26,280 nt of DNA. It comes from Promethearchaeota archaeon (lineage in GTDB: Archaea > Asgardarchaeota > Lokiarchaeia > Sigyniarchaeales > SOKP01). Location of the stretch: contig JBHLMQ010000030.1 in the NCBI GenBank assembly GCA_048938005.1, forward strand, positions 1 through 26,280, read 5' to 3'. A program made the position numbers and the translations under genes. The number at the start of each line of letters is the position of its first letter. The first letter of the stretch is position 1. The notes under the pieces are model-generated. The model saw only the letters and a program-made list of their open reading frames with translations. It was not told the DNA's origin and did no database searches. Of the stretch, positions 16,810 through 26,280 are shown in pieces.

Positions 16810-16888
16810 ACCTTTATATCATAAAATTTTTGAATTGATACCCATTATTCTCTATTAGTAAAAATTTAAAATATTTAGTGATATAAAT

Positions 16889-18220
16889 ATGGAAGAAAAT
16901 TTTCCTAGCTGTGAACAATATTATGATATCCCTGAAGCAATAGGTTTAGATGGTATTGATCTAGAAAAATATATCATTGCTAGCTACATTATCAAAAGAC
17001 CTAAGGGACAAAATGTTAATTATTTATCTAGATTTGCTGCTATCGAACAATCTACAGGAACATGGGTTAGAGTGCCTGCTGAAACAGCAGAAGTTAGAAA
17101 ATATCATGTGGCAAGAGTAGTAGGAGTCTATGAACTCCCAATGTATGAATATTATATCCCAAAAGATATCAAAGAAAGGACTTATTTCGTTCAGATTGCA
17201 TTCCCCATAGTAAATATTAAGGGTATGGGTATTCCAATGTTATTTACAACCGTTATTGGCAATATCAGTATCACACATGGTCTAAAATTAGTAGATTTAG
17301 CATTTCCTAAAGCTTGGTTAGAAGATTTTAAAGGTCCTAAATTTGGAATAGATGGTATTCGGAAACTTATGAAAATCCCTGAACGCCCTTTATTAAATAA
17401 TATGGTGAAGCCCTGTACTGGACACACATGTGAAGTTGCTGCTGACTTAGTATATAAAGCTGCAGTTGGAGGATGCGATGTTGTAAAAGATGATGAGTTA
17501 ATTTCTGACCCCTCTTTTAATACTCTTGAAGATAGAATCGTTAAGGTTATGGAGGCAATAGATCAAGCTGATTCTGAAAAAGGAGAAAAAACTTTATACA
17601 CAATCAATATAACTACCAAATTCCCAGATATGTTTGAATACGCTGATAAAATGATCGAATTAGGAGCAAATGCTTTAATGATTAATTACCTCGCAACTGG
17701 TTTTGAAGCTTTAAGAAAAATTGCTGAAGACCCATCAATTAAAGTTCCAATTTTGGGGCACATGGATTTTGGAGGGACATATTTTGGAGGTGAATGGACA
17801 GGAATGACAAGTATGTTAACTTTTGCAAAATTGCCACGAATTTGTGGAGCTGACACTGTTGTAATTCCTGCGCCTTATGGTAAAGCAGAAATTCTAGATG
17901 AAAGATATGAACAAAATCTTAAAGCTTTGAGATATCCATTGCAACATATCAGACCTACTCTACCTATGCCAAGTGGAGGAATTACTCCTGGAATGGTTGA
18001 GAAGTGTATAAAAGAAGCGGGCAAAGATATTCTTATCGGTAGTGGAGGTGGAATTCATAGCCATCCTGATGGACCAATAGCAGGTGCTAAAGCATTTAGG
18101 CAAGCGATAGACGCTGTAATGCAAGGGAAAAGTGTGAGAGAGGTTGCTAAACAACAAAAAGAATTAGGAGTAGCTTTAGGGGTATGGGGGAGTGGAAAAA
18201 CCGCCCTTATAGAAGAATAA
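16889..18220 (+). CDS. RuBisCO-like protein (form IV, probably non-carboxylating)
   Basis: EQSTGTW, FKGPKFG, GCDVVKDDE (carbamylated Lys motif), SGG, GGGIHSHPDG. KPK is KPC, HRA is HMD, and the His before loop 6 is absent. Confidence 0.9.
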   Translation: MEENFPSCEQYYDIPEAIGLDGIDLEKYIIASYIIKRPKGQNVNYLSRFAAIEQSTGTWVRVPAETAEVRKYHVARVVGVYELPMYEYYIPKDIKERTYFVQIAFPIVNIKGMGIPMLFTTVIGNISITHGLKLVDLAFPKAWLEDFKGPKFGIDGIRKLMKIPERPLLNNMVKPCTGHTCEVAADLVYKAAVGGCDVVKDDELISDPSFNTLEDRIVKVMEAIDQADSEKGEKTLYTINITTKFPDMFEYADKMIELGANALMINYLATGFEALRKIAEDPSIKVPILGHMDFGGTYFGGEWTGMTSMLTFAKLPRICGADTVVIPAPYGKAEILDERYEQNLKALRYPLQHIRPTLPMPSGGITPGMVEKCIKEAGKDILIGSGGGIHSHPDGPIAGAKAFRQAIDAVMQGKSVREVAKQQKELGVALGVWGSGKTALIEE

Positions 18221-18236
18221 TTTTTTTTCTTTTATT

Positions 18237-19198
18237 TTATTTTAATATCAGATAATCCTTTAATAAAACTCTAATATTAGTATCAAATTCATATGGATTA
18301 ATTTTATTAACAATATCATTATATCTTAAATCCAAATATTCTAAATTACGTAACGCTTTAATATATTCCAAGTTCTCTAATTCACTTATTTTATTATTTG
18401 TTAAAATTAGATGGGTTAAATATTCGAAATTGACTAACTCCTTTACATCTTCAATTTGATTATTTGATAGATCTATTTTTTTTAAATGATGTAAATGATT
18501 TAAGCCTACAATTTCCGAAATTGATTTTATATTATTTTTCCATCCAAATGGAGTACCTTTAACTTCATATTCTAGATAATCTGATAAATCTAATTCATTT
18601 ATTAATCCATTTTGTGGATTTAATTTATAATATACATTTGGATATTGCGTTGTAAGATTGGCGATTGTTATATAATTAATTAGAATTTCAGATAATTCGT
18701 TATGGGTAAATATTTCATACTTTTTTGATTTTATTAATTTTTTAATAATTTTTTTGAACTTTTTATTTTCGATCTTTTTTTCTTTATTGATATATTTTGT
18801 TTTTATTATTCTCTTAATCTCATTAAATAAAATTAACTTAGATTCATCATTATTTATTTTCTTCAATGTTTGAATTATCGTCATTAAACATTCATAATCG
18901 TCTTCATGTTTAATCGCCCATTTAAATGGTTTTAATGCTTTTTCAAGAAATTTATTCTTAAGAAACTCTGCTGCTGCCTTTCTAATTTTTTTATTTGAAT
19001 CTGAAATAAGCAGATTTTCTAAGATGATAAATATTTTATTATTATATAATCCAATTTTTTCTAAACTTTTAATAGATTCTACTCGAATATTTTCGCTTTT
19101 ACTATTTTCAACTAAAGATGTTAGTAGATCGTATGCTGTAAATTTATTGATTCTATTTTTTTTAGTTCTTCGAAAATCTCTTCAGGAGTTAAAACCAA
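18237..19198 (-). CDS. HEAT-repeat plus leucine-rich-repeat protein, frameshifted at an A8 run (19156-19163); ORF track shows only 18237-18884
   Basis: LRRs LKKIDLSNNQI, LTHLILTNNKI, LEYLDLRYNDI. The same frame stays open to 19181 and encodes HEAT-like ENIRVESIKSLEKIG...LENLLISDSNKKIRKAAAEFL. TTG at 19198 gives MVLTPEEIFEELKK in the adjacent frame. Confidence 0.7.
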
Positions 19199-19296
19199 AA
19201 CAATCTATAAAAAATTAATTCAAATAAATGTAGATATATTAGTTATAAATATTTTAAATTTTATTATTTTTATAATATTTTCTAAGGGATATTATA

Positions 19297-21603
19297 ATGT
19301 TGAGAAAATCAAAAATTGTTATTTTTAAGTTATTAGTATTATCATTATTGTTAATTCTATTATTTTCGGCTCTACATACTCAATTTATATCAGCAAGTAG
19401 AATTTATATGGCAAATGGTGAAAATCAATCATATTCTGGAGATTATGATGGAGATCTTTCTGTTATGTATATTTGGGATAATTTTACTTCTTCTACATGG
19501 AATTATGAGAATTCTAGTACAAATATCATTCCATATAATTACACTGATTTTGATGGCAATGAATATAAATTAGAAAGTGTAGATATCAGTGCCGTAAACC
19601 TAGAAAACATTAACGCAACAAGTAATTATACAATCGCTGAAGATATATCTAATCAGGTAAGTTTATCAGAAGCATATGCTTTTGCTCAAGAGTTTACTGC
19701 TCCTGAGTTATTGCGTATTGATGAAATCATGATCTATGTGCAATTTAATTTCCTTCTTAGACCATGTTATTTTGATATCTTCATATATGATGAAAATCTT
19801 CTAGAAAAATATCTTCTTAATGATTATATTGATTGGGGTTGGATTCATGAAACGCGAATTTCCGTTGATGAATGGCTTTCTATACCTTTATTTACACCTG
19901 TTTTAGAACCAGGTGAAAAATATAATATCGTTTTAAAGGTATGGTTTCAGCCAGGGGGATATAATGAAACATTTAATTACTGGAAAGCAGAAGAATACAA
20001 CAGTTCTACTTTTGATAAAGGGTTAACAAGATTTTTTGATGGGGAAGAGTGGTCTAGAATATATTTAGATAATAGAAGGGATATGTTATGCAATTTTTCT
20101 TATACTGAATTTATTCACCCTTCAGAGATAGATCTTAAATATAAAATCAATAATCAGACTATAATACCTAATTATCAAGAGGATGGAGCATTTCTAGCAT
20201 ATCATCTAGAGCACCCCCCAAACCAAGATATGAATATTACTGTAATTAGCAATAAAACTATTCCTAAACTCAATGTTGAGATAAGAATGTATTATACTTT
20301 TTTAATTGAGGCTACAGGGAGTTATTATGTTGATGAAAACCAGATTACGTGGACAATTAAATATCTCTTTGAAGATATTTCAATGATATGGCCCCCTCCG
20401 GTATTCTTCTTATTTGAAAGGGATTGGAGTTTTGTTGAATTTCAGGATCCAGATGGTCTTGAAATGAATGAAGTCTATTTTGGATCTAAACGATTATATA
20501 ATGAATCATATTATGGAATTACTGTAATATTCGCCCCTTTAGAGAGGGGTATTTATACTGGAATCTTTCATTCACCAAATTATTGTCATTCCATTATTAG
20601 TAAAATTAAATCAGGAAGCGAATATATTTTTAAGCCTTCCATTCAATTAGGACAAACAATTAAATTAGAAGCAGAAATAGTTAATCTCTTTAATGAACCT
20701 ATTTCCGGAGGAATTGGCCAATTAATCTTTAAATCACCATCTGGAGTTACTATTTATAATGGGACAGGTTTAACCTCTATAAATGGAACATTGAGTAGTT
20801 CAGACATAGATATTGGTTCAGATTTTGAATCTGGTCTTTATGAAGCAGAAGTTTTTTGGACAAATGGTAAAGAGATAGCATTTTATACTGTAAATATCAT
20901 AGTAGAGGCTCCTGTTAACATCATGTTTTGGGTTTTATTAAGTATTGGAATTGTTCTTGTTTCAATACCCTCAGCTGTAGTAGCGTATAAATATATAAGA
21001 CAAAGAAATTGGGAAAAATCGTTAAAGAATTTATTTGTGTTGACCAAAGATGGTTTGAGTTTGTATGAATATTCTTTTGGAATTGAAATTCAGGATCCTG
21101 CACTTATCTCTGCTATGATTGCTGCATTAACTAGTTTTGTTCGAGAAGCAACTGGGAGTAAGAAATTTCTTCGAACAGTAGATCAAGAAGATAAAAAAGT
21201 TATATTATATCATGGAGATTATACCACCACAGCATTAATGTCAGAAAAGGATTTACCTATTATTCATAAACGTGTTAAGAAGTTTACTGAAGCATTTGAA
21301 GACCAATTCGGAATTCATTTAAAAAATTGGACGGGAGAAACTTCGGCATTCAAAGGTGCAGAAGTTATTGTAAATAAAAATTTCCCTATTGATGTAGAAG
21401 GTCAAATCATTCATGGAGTAAGAGGAAAACTTATCGAGTTTAGAAATCGACTTGAAACTATGATCCAGCCAAAAGAAATAATATCATTGATGCGAGAAAT
21501 TACAAATTTTATTTCAAGATATAGAGCAATTGTAAACAAGTATTATATCGATTATTATTTTGAAATTATAAAGATTGCTGAAGAAAAAATTTCTTCAGCT
21601 TAA
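19297..21603 (+). CDS. Receptor-like membrane protein: signal/TM, beta-rich ectodomain, TM, cytoplasmic longin-like domain, helical C-terminus
   Basis: TM IMFWVLLSIGIVLVSIPSAVVAY, then LFVLTKDGLSLYEYSF...DPALISAMIAALTSFVREA...FTEAFEDQF...NWTGETSAF, a pattern typical of Asgard longin-like domains. Confidence 0.75.
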   Translation: MLRKSKIVIFKLLVLSLLLILLFSALHTQFISASRIYMANGENQSYSGDYDGDLSVMYIWDNFTSSTWNYENSSTNIIPYNYTDFDGNEYKLESVDISAVNLENINATSNYTIAEDISNQVSLSEAYAFAQEFTAPELLRIDEIMIYVQFNFLLRPCYFDIFIYDENLLEKYLLNDYIDWGWIHETRISVDEWLSIPLFTPVLEPGEKYNIVLKVWFQPGGYNETFNYWKAEEYNSSTFDKGLTRFFDGEEWSRIYLDNRRDMLCNFSYTEFIHPSEIDLKYKINNQTIIPNYQEDGAFLAYHLEHPPNQDMNITVISNKTIPKLNVEIRMYYTFLIEATGSYYVDENQITWTIKYLFEDISMIWPPPVFFLFERDWSFVEFQDPDGLEMNEVYFGSKRLYNESYYGITVIFAPLERGIYTGIFHSPNYCHSIISKIKSGSEYIFKPSIQLGQTIKLEAEIVNLFNEPISGGIGQLIFKSPSGVTIYNGTGLTSINGTLSSSDIDIGSDFESGLYEAEVFWTNGKEIAFYTVNIIVEAPVNIMFWVLLSIGIVLVSIPSAVVAYKYIRQRNWEKSLKNLFVLTKDGLSLYEYSFGIEIQDPALISAMIAALTSFVREATGSKKFLRTVDQEDKKVILYHGDYTTTALMSEKDLPIIHKRVKKFTEAFEDQFGIHLKNWTGETSAFKGAEVIVNKNFPIDVEGQIIHGVRGKLIEFRNRLETMIQPKEIISLMREITNFISRYRAIVNKYYIDYYFEIIKIAEEKISSA

Positions 21604-21688
21604 TTTCATTTTTTAGATTTTTATTATTTAAATTAATTAAAATCAATATTTAATGAAAAAAACGTTTATCTCTTCAAATTTAGGATTG

Positions 21689-23065
21689 TTAAAACTTAGG
21701 TAACCATTGTTTCTCTGCTTCAAAAAGATCATCAACCATGTCTCTAATTTCACGTGGAGAGCAAATGGTTGCTGTATTAGGATCTAATAAAACTGCATGA
21801 TAAATTTTTTCTTTGTCTAATTCAAGAGCACCTTCAACTGCAGCCTTTTGGACCATGATATTTGATAAACATAAGGCCTGACAGACCGTTGGTAATGTAA
21901 AACCTCCTTGAGGGTGTATACCAAGATAATCAGCATAACTTGGTACCTCTACACAACAATCTTTTGGTAAATTTGTGATTAATCCTCCATCTTTATTAAT
22001 AACGTTTCCATGGAACTTCAAAGGTTGATTAGTTTCCATAGCCCCGATTATATGAGAGACATATTCATCTGAAGGACTACTTTTTAATTTTAAATTATTT
22101 TGTTTTATTTTTCGTTCTAGACTTGATTCTACTCTTCCTGCTAATGCACTATCCAGTTCAAAAGTGAATCCATGGGTTAACATCCCATACTTATCTCCCG
22201 GAGTTTTATATTTTTTTAGTAAATCTTCTCTTTTTCTATAATATGGCACATATTCACTAAGATGTCGTGATTCTTCAGTCATAAAATAACCTGTTGCCTC
22301 CATCATGTCCCAACGTATACGTTCATTTTTTATCATGTCTGGATTTTCCCGATACTTTTGATAAAGTAATGGATAAGCATTTTTCCATTCACCTTTAGGA
22401 TCATCAATATCTTTATATAAAATATGGAGGAACCATGCTAAGTGATTTATTCCAACACATGTGAAGGTATAATTTTCCTGTTTCACTCCAATCCATCGAC
22501 GTAAAAGTCCAGCTGTATTTTGGACTCCGTGACAAAGACCAACAGTAGAATCAGGCATGATTTTGTTACAAAACCAGGTATTCATCGCCATGGGATTAGC
22601 ATAATTAAATAAAATGGGCTTCAAACCATCTTTATTCGCATTATAGCCCACTTCTTGCATTAGAGTAACAATTTCTCTTAAAACATTAGTTGCGCGTAGA
22701 AAACGAAATACTCCGCCAGGCCCGATTGTATCTCCTACACACTGCGTTACCCCAAATCTTAATGGAATATCCATGTCAATTTTATATGCATCTAATCCAC
22801 CATTATGAATTGAACAAATTATATACTTAGTATCAGTTATTGCTTTTTTCAAATCTGTAGTTTTTTCAAAATGAACATGATCTAGCTCTTTAGGGTATAG
22901 TTCTTTATACTTTAGCATTAACCGATACATCAAATCTAAACGAACAGGATCGATATCTTCTATGCAAATCATCATATCTTGTGTTAGACAAGGATGTGTA
23001 AGGATATCTGTGAGGATATTTTGTCCAAATACAATACTCCCAGCTCCTACAAAGGCAATTTTCAT
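21689..23065 (-). CDS. Glycoside hydrolase family 4 (NAD+/Mn2+-dependent; alpha-galactosidase MelA-like)
   Basis: Rossmann KIAFVGAGS, GDTIGPGG, NYANP, catalytic GLCHG, GINHLAW, HLSEYVPYY, CVEVP. Confidence 0.9.
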   Translation of the reverse strand: MKIAFVGAGSIVFGQNILTDILTHPCLTQDMMICIEDIDPVRLDLMYRLMLKYKELYPKELDHVHFEKTTDLKKAITDTKYIICSIHNGGLDAYKIDMDIPLRFGVTQCVGDTIGPGGVFRFLRATNVLREIVTLMQEVGYNANKDGLKPILFNYANPMAMNTWFCNKIMPDSTVGLCHGVQNTAGLLRRWIGVKQENYTFTCVGINHLAWFLHILYKDIDDPKGEWKNAYPLLYQKYRENPDMIKNERIRWDMMEATGYFMTEESRHLSEYVPYYRKREDLLKKYKTPGDKYGMLTHGFTFELDSALAGRVESSLERKIKQNNLKLKSSPSDEYVSHIIGAMETNQPLKFHGNVINKDGGLITNLPKDCCVEVPSYADYLGIHPQGGFTLPTVCQALCLSNIMVQKAAVEGALELDKEKIYHAVLLDPNTATICSPREIRDMVDDLFEAEKQWLPKF

Positions 23066-23240
23066 TACTATTCTCTATTCTTTATAGTTATAATTTATAT
23101 AGGACTAGTATCGTAATTAATAAATCTAATTATATTTTTTTGAGTAAAACATTTTGTATTCTAACTTTTATGTTGATTAAGTAGATATCTTAGATGATTA
23201 AATTCTCCTCTCTAATAAAATCTCAATAAAAGAAAATTAT

Positions 23241-24461
23241 TTAAGCTTGTTTAAAGCTGAAGGGAGGGAATTTTTTTCGTTTAGCGAATTTCTCTGTTAA
23301 ATTTATTTTTAATTCATTAAATGGTTTTAAATTTCCTGAGAATACTGTTGCTGTTATTTGGCCTATATCAGGATCTAATAAATTTTCAACTTGGTCTATC
23401 TTGCCTAAATTTCCCTCCGAGAGCATCGAAAGAAAGTAATCGTTTTGGTATTTTTTAAATGTTAAAAATCGATATTTTTGGAATCCCAATTTCACAGCAA
23501 TCCATCTAGGTGTAGCACCGGTATTTCCCTGTGTATTTGCAGCGATAGCTTCTATTTTAGCTGTAAGCATTGATTCTTTCATTTCTTTATCTTCTTCTGG
23601 ATTATCGAATTCACCAATCGATTCAATATTTAAGTGTTCTTCTCCTATTAGAAGAGATATCACTCCTATGGACATTGATGATAATCCTAGATAATCAATT
23701 CTAATAGTATCTTCAACGTATGGTATTTCTTGATCTGTAAATACATCCTGTAATTTATTTGCATATTCATTTAAAATGAAATATATCCTCTTTTTGAATT
23801 CTGACTCGATTTCATATTTTTCAAATTTATCCAATTTTTCTACATCTTTCCCCTGAATCAATTCTGAGAAGTTATTTGACATTTGTTCAAGGATCCATTT
23901 CCCATTCTTATCAGGAAATTTTCCATAAACAAGGTAAATTATATTATTTTTTTCAAAAAATTGACATTTTTCTTTCTTTTCTTTCTCCTCCGTAAACAGT
24001 AGCATTTTATCAAGATCTCCCCCTAAAATACTTGTAGCAATGAAATCTAGATTATTTGTTAATTCTAATAAATATGCGTAGTTATTATTACTACAGTAAA
24101 GTTGAGTTCTTTCAGTTGAGGTGATTCCCATTAATTTTACGTATTCTCCTTTCTTCAATTTAATTTTGTCACTATCTAGTGATATAGCCAGGTGTTTTTC
24201 ATTTTCCTTTATTCTCACTTTATCTTTTAATTTTGAGGAAAGAGTCGTAGTCTTTGTTTCAAAATTCTTTGGTTGGGGTTTTATATCTTGCGCTTTAGTT
24301 AAGTCAAACAAAATTGGTAAGAATTTTCGACATTTAGGACACATGGAATCTTTTGGATGGGGTTTTGAAATTATATATCCACAATTTGGACATTCAATCT
24401 CACCCTTTCCTTTTTTTTGAGGTAAAGATGTTTTAGAAAATTTTTTTTTTTTTTTTTTGAT
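23241..24461 (-). CDS. Zn-ribbon plus two longin-like domains; true start lies upstream of the ORF-track start 24344
   Basis: Frame is open to 24494 and adds IKKKKKKFSKTSLPQKKGKGEIECPNCG...DS before MCPKC, completing a CxxC...CxxC ribbon. Two alpha/beta units follow, the second ending FSGNLKPF like other longin-like domains. Confidence 0.55.
   Translation of the reverse strand: MKKKKKKFSKTSLPQKKGKGEIECPNCGYIISKPHPKDSMCPKCRKFLPILFDLTKAQDIKPQPKNFETKTTTLSSKLKDKVRIKENEKHLAISLDSDKIKLKKGEYVKLMGITSTERTQLYCSNNNYAYLLELTNNLDFIATSILGGDLDKMLLFTEEKEKKEKCQFFEKNNIIYLVYGKFPDKNGKWILEQMSNNFSELIQGKDVEKLDKFEKYEIESEFKKRIYFILNEYANKLQDVFTDQEIPYVEDTIRIDYLGLSSMSIGVISLLIGEEHLNIESIGEFDNPEEDKEMKESMLTAKIEAIAANTQGNTGATPRWIAVKLGFQKYRFLTFKKYQNDYFLSMLSEGNLGKIDQVENLLDPDIGQITATVFSGNLKPFNELKINLTEKFAKRKKFPPFSFKQA
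24441..24458 (-). repeat. 18-nt A homopolymer (T18 on + strand) at the 5' end of the Zn-ribbon gene
   Basis: Seen directly; longest mononucleotide run in the window. Confidence 0.95.
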
Positions 24462-24503
24462 ACCAACTCGCCTTGAAATTAAATCAATATTAAATTAATG
24501 ATC

Positions 24504-25589
24504 TTATAAATATTTATTTGCTACGGTTCTAAATGCGTTTAAGAATTTATTATTATCTTCTTCAGTTCCAATAGTCACTCTAATATAATTGTATAACCCT
24601 GGTTTGCTGAAATGGCGAACCAGAATTTTCATTTCTTTTAAATCCCACACAAACTTTAATGTTTTAGACTTATCATCAAATTTTACAAATATAAAATTAG
24701 CATCAGAAGGTAAAACGCTAACTCCATTATATTTATCTAATTCTTTAGTAACTCTTTCTCTTTCTTTTAGAATTTTTTTATTCTGTTCAAATATCTTCTT
24801 ATTATGCTTAATGCATGACAGAGCGGCTACCTGCCCTAGATAATTTGTATTATAAGGCAGTTTTACTTTATTCATTTCTTTAATAATCTCAGCATCTGCT
24901 AAAGCAAAACCCATTCTTAGAGAAGCAATAGAGAAGCTCTTAGAAAAAGATCGATATACAATTAAATTTTTTGCTTTTTTTAATAATGATAAACAAGATA
25001 GGGGAGAAAAATCTGCATATGATTCATCGACAACTACAATTCCTGGAAAGTTGCCACAAAGTTTCAGTATTGTAGCATTTCCAAAAGATTTTCCATTTGG
25101 ATCATTTGGTGAATTTATAAACATTACTTTTCCTTTAGCCGAAAAAGCTGTATCAGGAATAGAAAAATCTTCATTTAGTTGAATTTCATTAATTTTGGCA
25201 TTATAAAGTGTTGCTAAGACTTTATATAGACCATAACTCGGATAAAATATAATAACTTCGTCTCCAGGGTCAATAAACACTTTAAAAATGACATCCAATA
25301 TCTCATCCGAACCATTGCCAATAAATATAGAATTACGGTTAGTAAGTGTATCCTTATCTCGTAATAAAACATTTAAGATTTCTTTACGTAGCTCAAAAGA
25401 AGTTGAATCGGGATATAGTCTAATTTTTTCATTTACAGCTTTCTTTATATCATTCATTATTTCGGGTATTGGTGGAAAAGGATTTTCATTAGTATTTAAT
25501 ATAACCCAGTCGTCTTCCGTTGGCTGCTCACCAGTTTCATAAGCAGAATATTTCCTTAAGTTTTCTCTTATCAATTTATTTAATTCCAT
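24504..25589 (-). CDS. hisC: Histidinol-phosphate aminotransferase-like PLP enzyme
   Basis: LNTNENP, YPD, GNGSDE, SPNDPNG, VVDESY, RSFSK (PLP Lys), LRMG, PSDANF, IRVTIG. Confidence 0.75.
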   Translation of the reverse strand: MELNKLIRENLRKYSAYETGEQPTEDDWVILNTNENPFPPIPEIMNDIKKAVNEKIRLYPDSTSFELRKEILNVLLRDKDTLTNRNSIFIGNGSDEILDVIFKVFIDPGDEVIIFYPSYGLYKVLATLYNAKINEIQLNEDFSIPDTAFSAKGKVMFINSPNDPNGKSFGNATILKLCGNFPGIVVVDESYADFSPLSCLSLLKKAKNLIVYRSFSKSFSIASLRMGFALADAEIIKEMNKVKLPYNTNYLGQVAALSCIKHNKKIFEQNKKILKERERVTKELDKYNGVSVLPSDANFIFVKFDDKSKTLKFVWDLKEMKILVRHFSKPGLYNYIRVTIGTEEDNNKFLNAFRTVANKYL

Positions 25590-25817
25590 TTCAGTACGCT
25601 TTTGTAAATTTTAAAGATATGATTACTTGAATGAATTTCTTATAAAAATAATAATTTAAATATTTATTTATTAACAATTATTCTTTGTCTTTTATGACAG
25701 GATTGAAATTTCAATTTAATAAAACTTAGAAAACTCAATTTTTAAATTTATTAAAACTATTTTATTTATAGCAAAAAAATCATGAGCATTAAAACACCTA
25801 ACTAGAGATGATAAATA

Positions 25818-26280
25818 ATGACTAATTATGCTCTTATGTTCGAAGCGAGACCTGGTGGGGAAATTGTTCCAATTAAATGGAGTAAAGAAAGTTTCATGCC
25901 AGAAACCTCGATTATAGTTTTAGATGAAGGTAGTGAATCAGTTTATTTATGGCACGGTGTCCAGCAAGGTTTAGTTGCTCGAAGAACAGCTCTTAGACAA
26001 GCAGAATCTTTAAAAGGACATGGATACACTGTAGGTAAAAGTATAATAGGGCGGGATATTAAAAACATAAAAGAAATAGATGCACGGAAGATAGGAAAAG
26101 TTCCAGAAGATACTAAAATGAATGATGAGCTTCAAGAAATATTAGAAAGAAAATTTACAGAGTTAGATAGTTACATCATTACTTTTCAAGTTGGTGCTGT
26201 AAAACCTATTGTTGCTCCAAAAGTTGAACCAAAAGTAGAAGCTAAACCGACTCCAATGCCTTCTGTATCAAAACCAATTA
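25818..26280 (+). CDS. Gelsolin/villin-like domain protein followed by a Pro/Lys-rich linker, 3'-truncated by window edge
   Basis: Not in ORF track. ATG 25818 is open to the end and reads ...FMPETSIIVLDEGSESVYLWHGVQQGLVARRTALRQAESL..., matching the gelsolin core (xxLD...VYxWxG...helix), then APKVEPKVEAKPTP. Confidence 0.65.
   Translation, partial: MTNYALMFEARPGGEIVPIKWSKESFMPETSIIVLDEGSESVYLWHGVQQGLVARRTALRQAESLKGHGYTVGKSIIGRDIKNIKEIDARKIGKVPEDTKMNDELQEILERKFTELDSYIITFQVGAVKPIVAPKVEPKVEAKPTPMPSVSKPI

Noticed and set aside
16889-18220. CO2-fixing RuBisCO
   Set aside because: Key active-site residues (second Lys of KPK, Arg of HRA, His before loop 6) are substituted.
3715-25542. Short ORF-track entries overlapping real genes (e.g. 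3715-3996, 4608-4802, 5254-5508, 7605-7829, 8021-8461, 8970-9155, 10628-10837, 15443-15661, 17191-17427, 17960-18157, 19024-19218, 20921-21103, 24121-24420, 24589-24843, 25288-25542)
   Set aside because: Antisense or alternate-frame shadows of well-supported genes, with no recognisable motifs.
1-26280. CRISPR array or rRNA
   Set aside because: No regularly spaced repeats and no long GC-rich structured segment apart from the tRNA.

Overview
Very AT-rich archaeal DNA whose gene content points to an Asgard archaeon (Lokiarchaeia/Promethearchaeota-like; inferred from an intron-containing tRNA, eS25, two small GTPases, several longin/roadblock-like proteins, a gelsolin-like domain, a HEAT-LRR protein and a Bud23-like methyltransferase). 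The centre is a twice-repeated, apparently translationally coupled two-gene module: a 1200-1450 aa single-pass surface protein with a conserved cytoplasmic tail, followed by a ~370 aa longin-like plus two winged-helix protein resembling NPRL2/NPRL3 (GATOR1) or uDENN proteins. The two copies flank a longin-GTPase fusion. A Rag-like GTPase and a receptor-longin fusion lie nearby, suggesting a receptor-coupled small-GTPase signalling system. Also present: a two-domain metallophosphoesterase, a MoaD/SAMP-like protein, tRNA-Ser(CGA), a form IV RuBisCO-like protein, a GH4 glycosidase and a HisC-like aminotransferase. Three genes have 5' ends that need a non-AUG start or a homopolymer frameshift. All family assignments are by eye from motifs; no searches were run.
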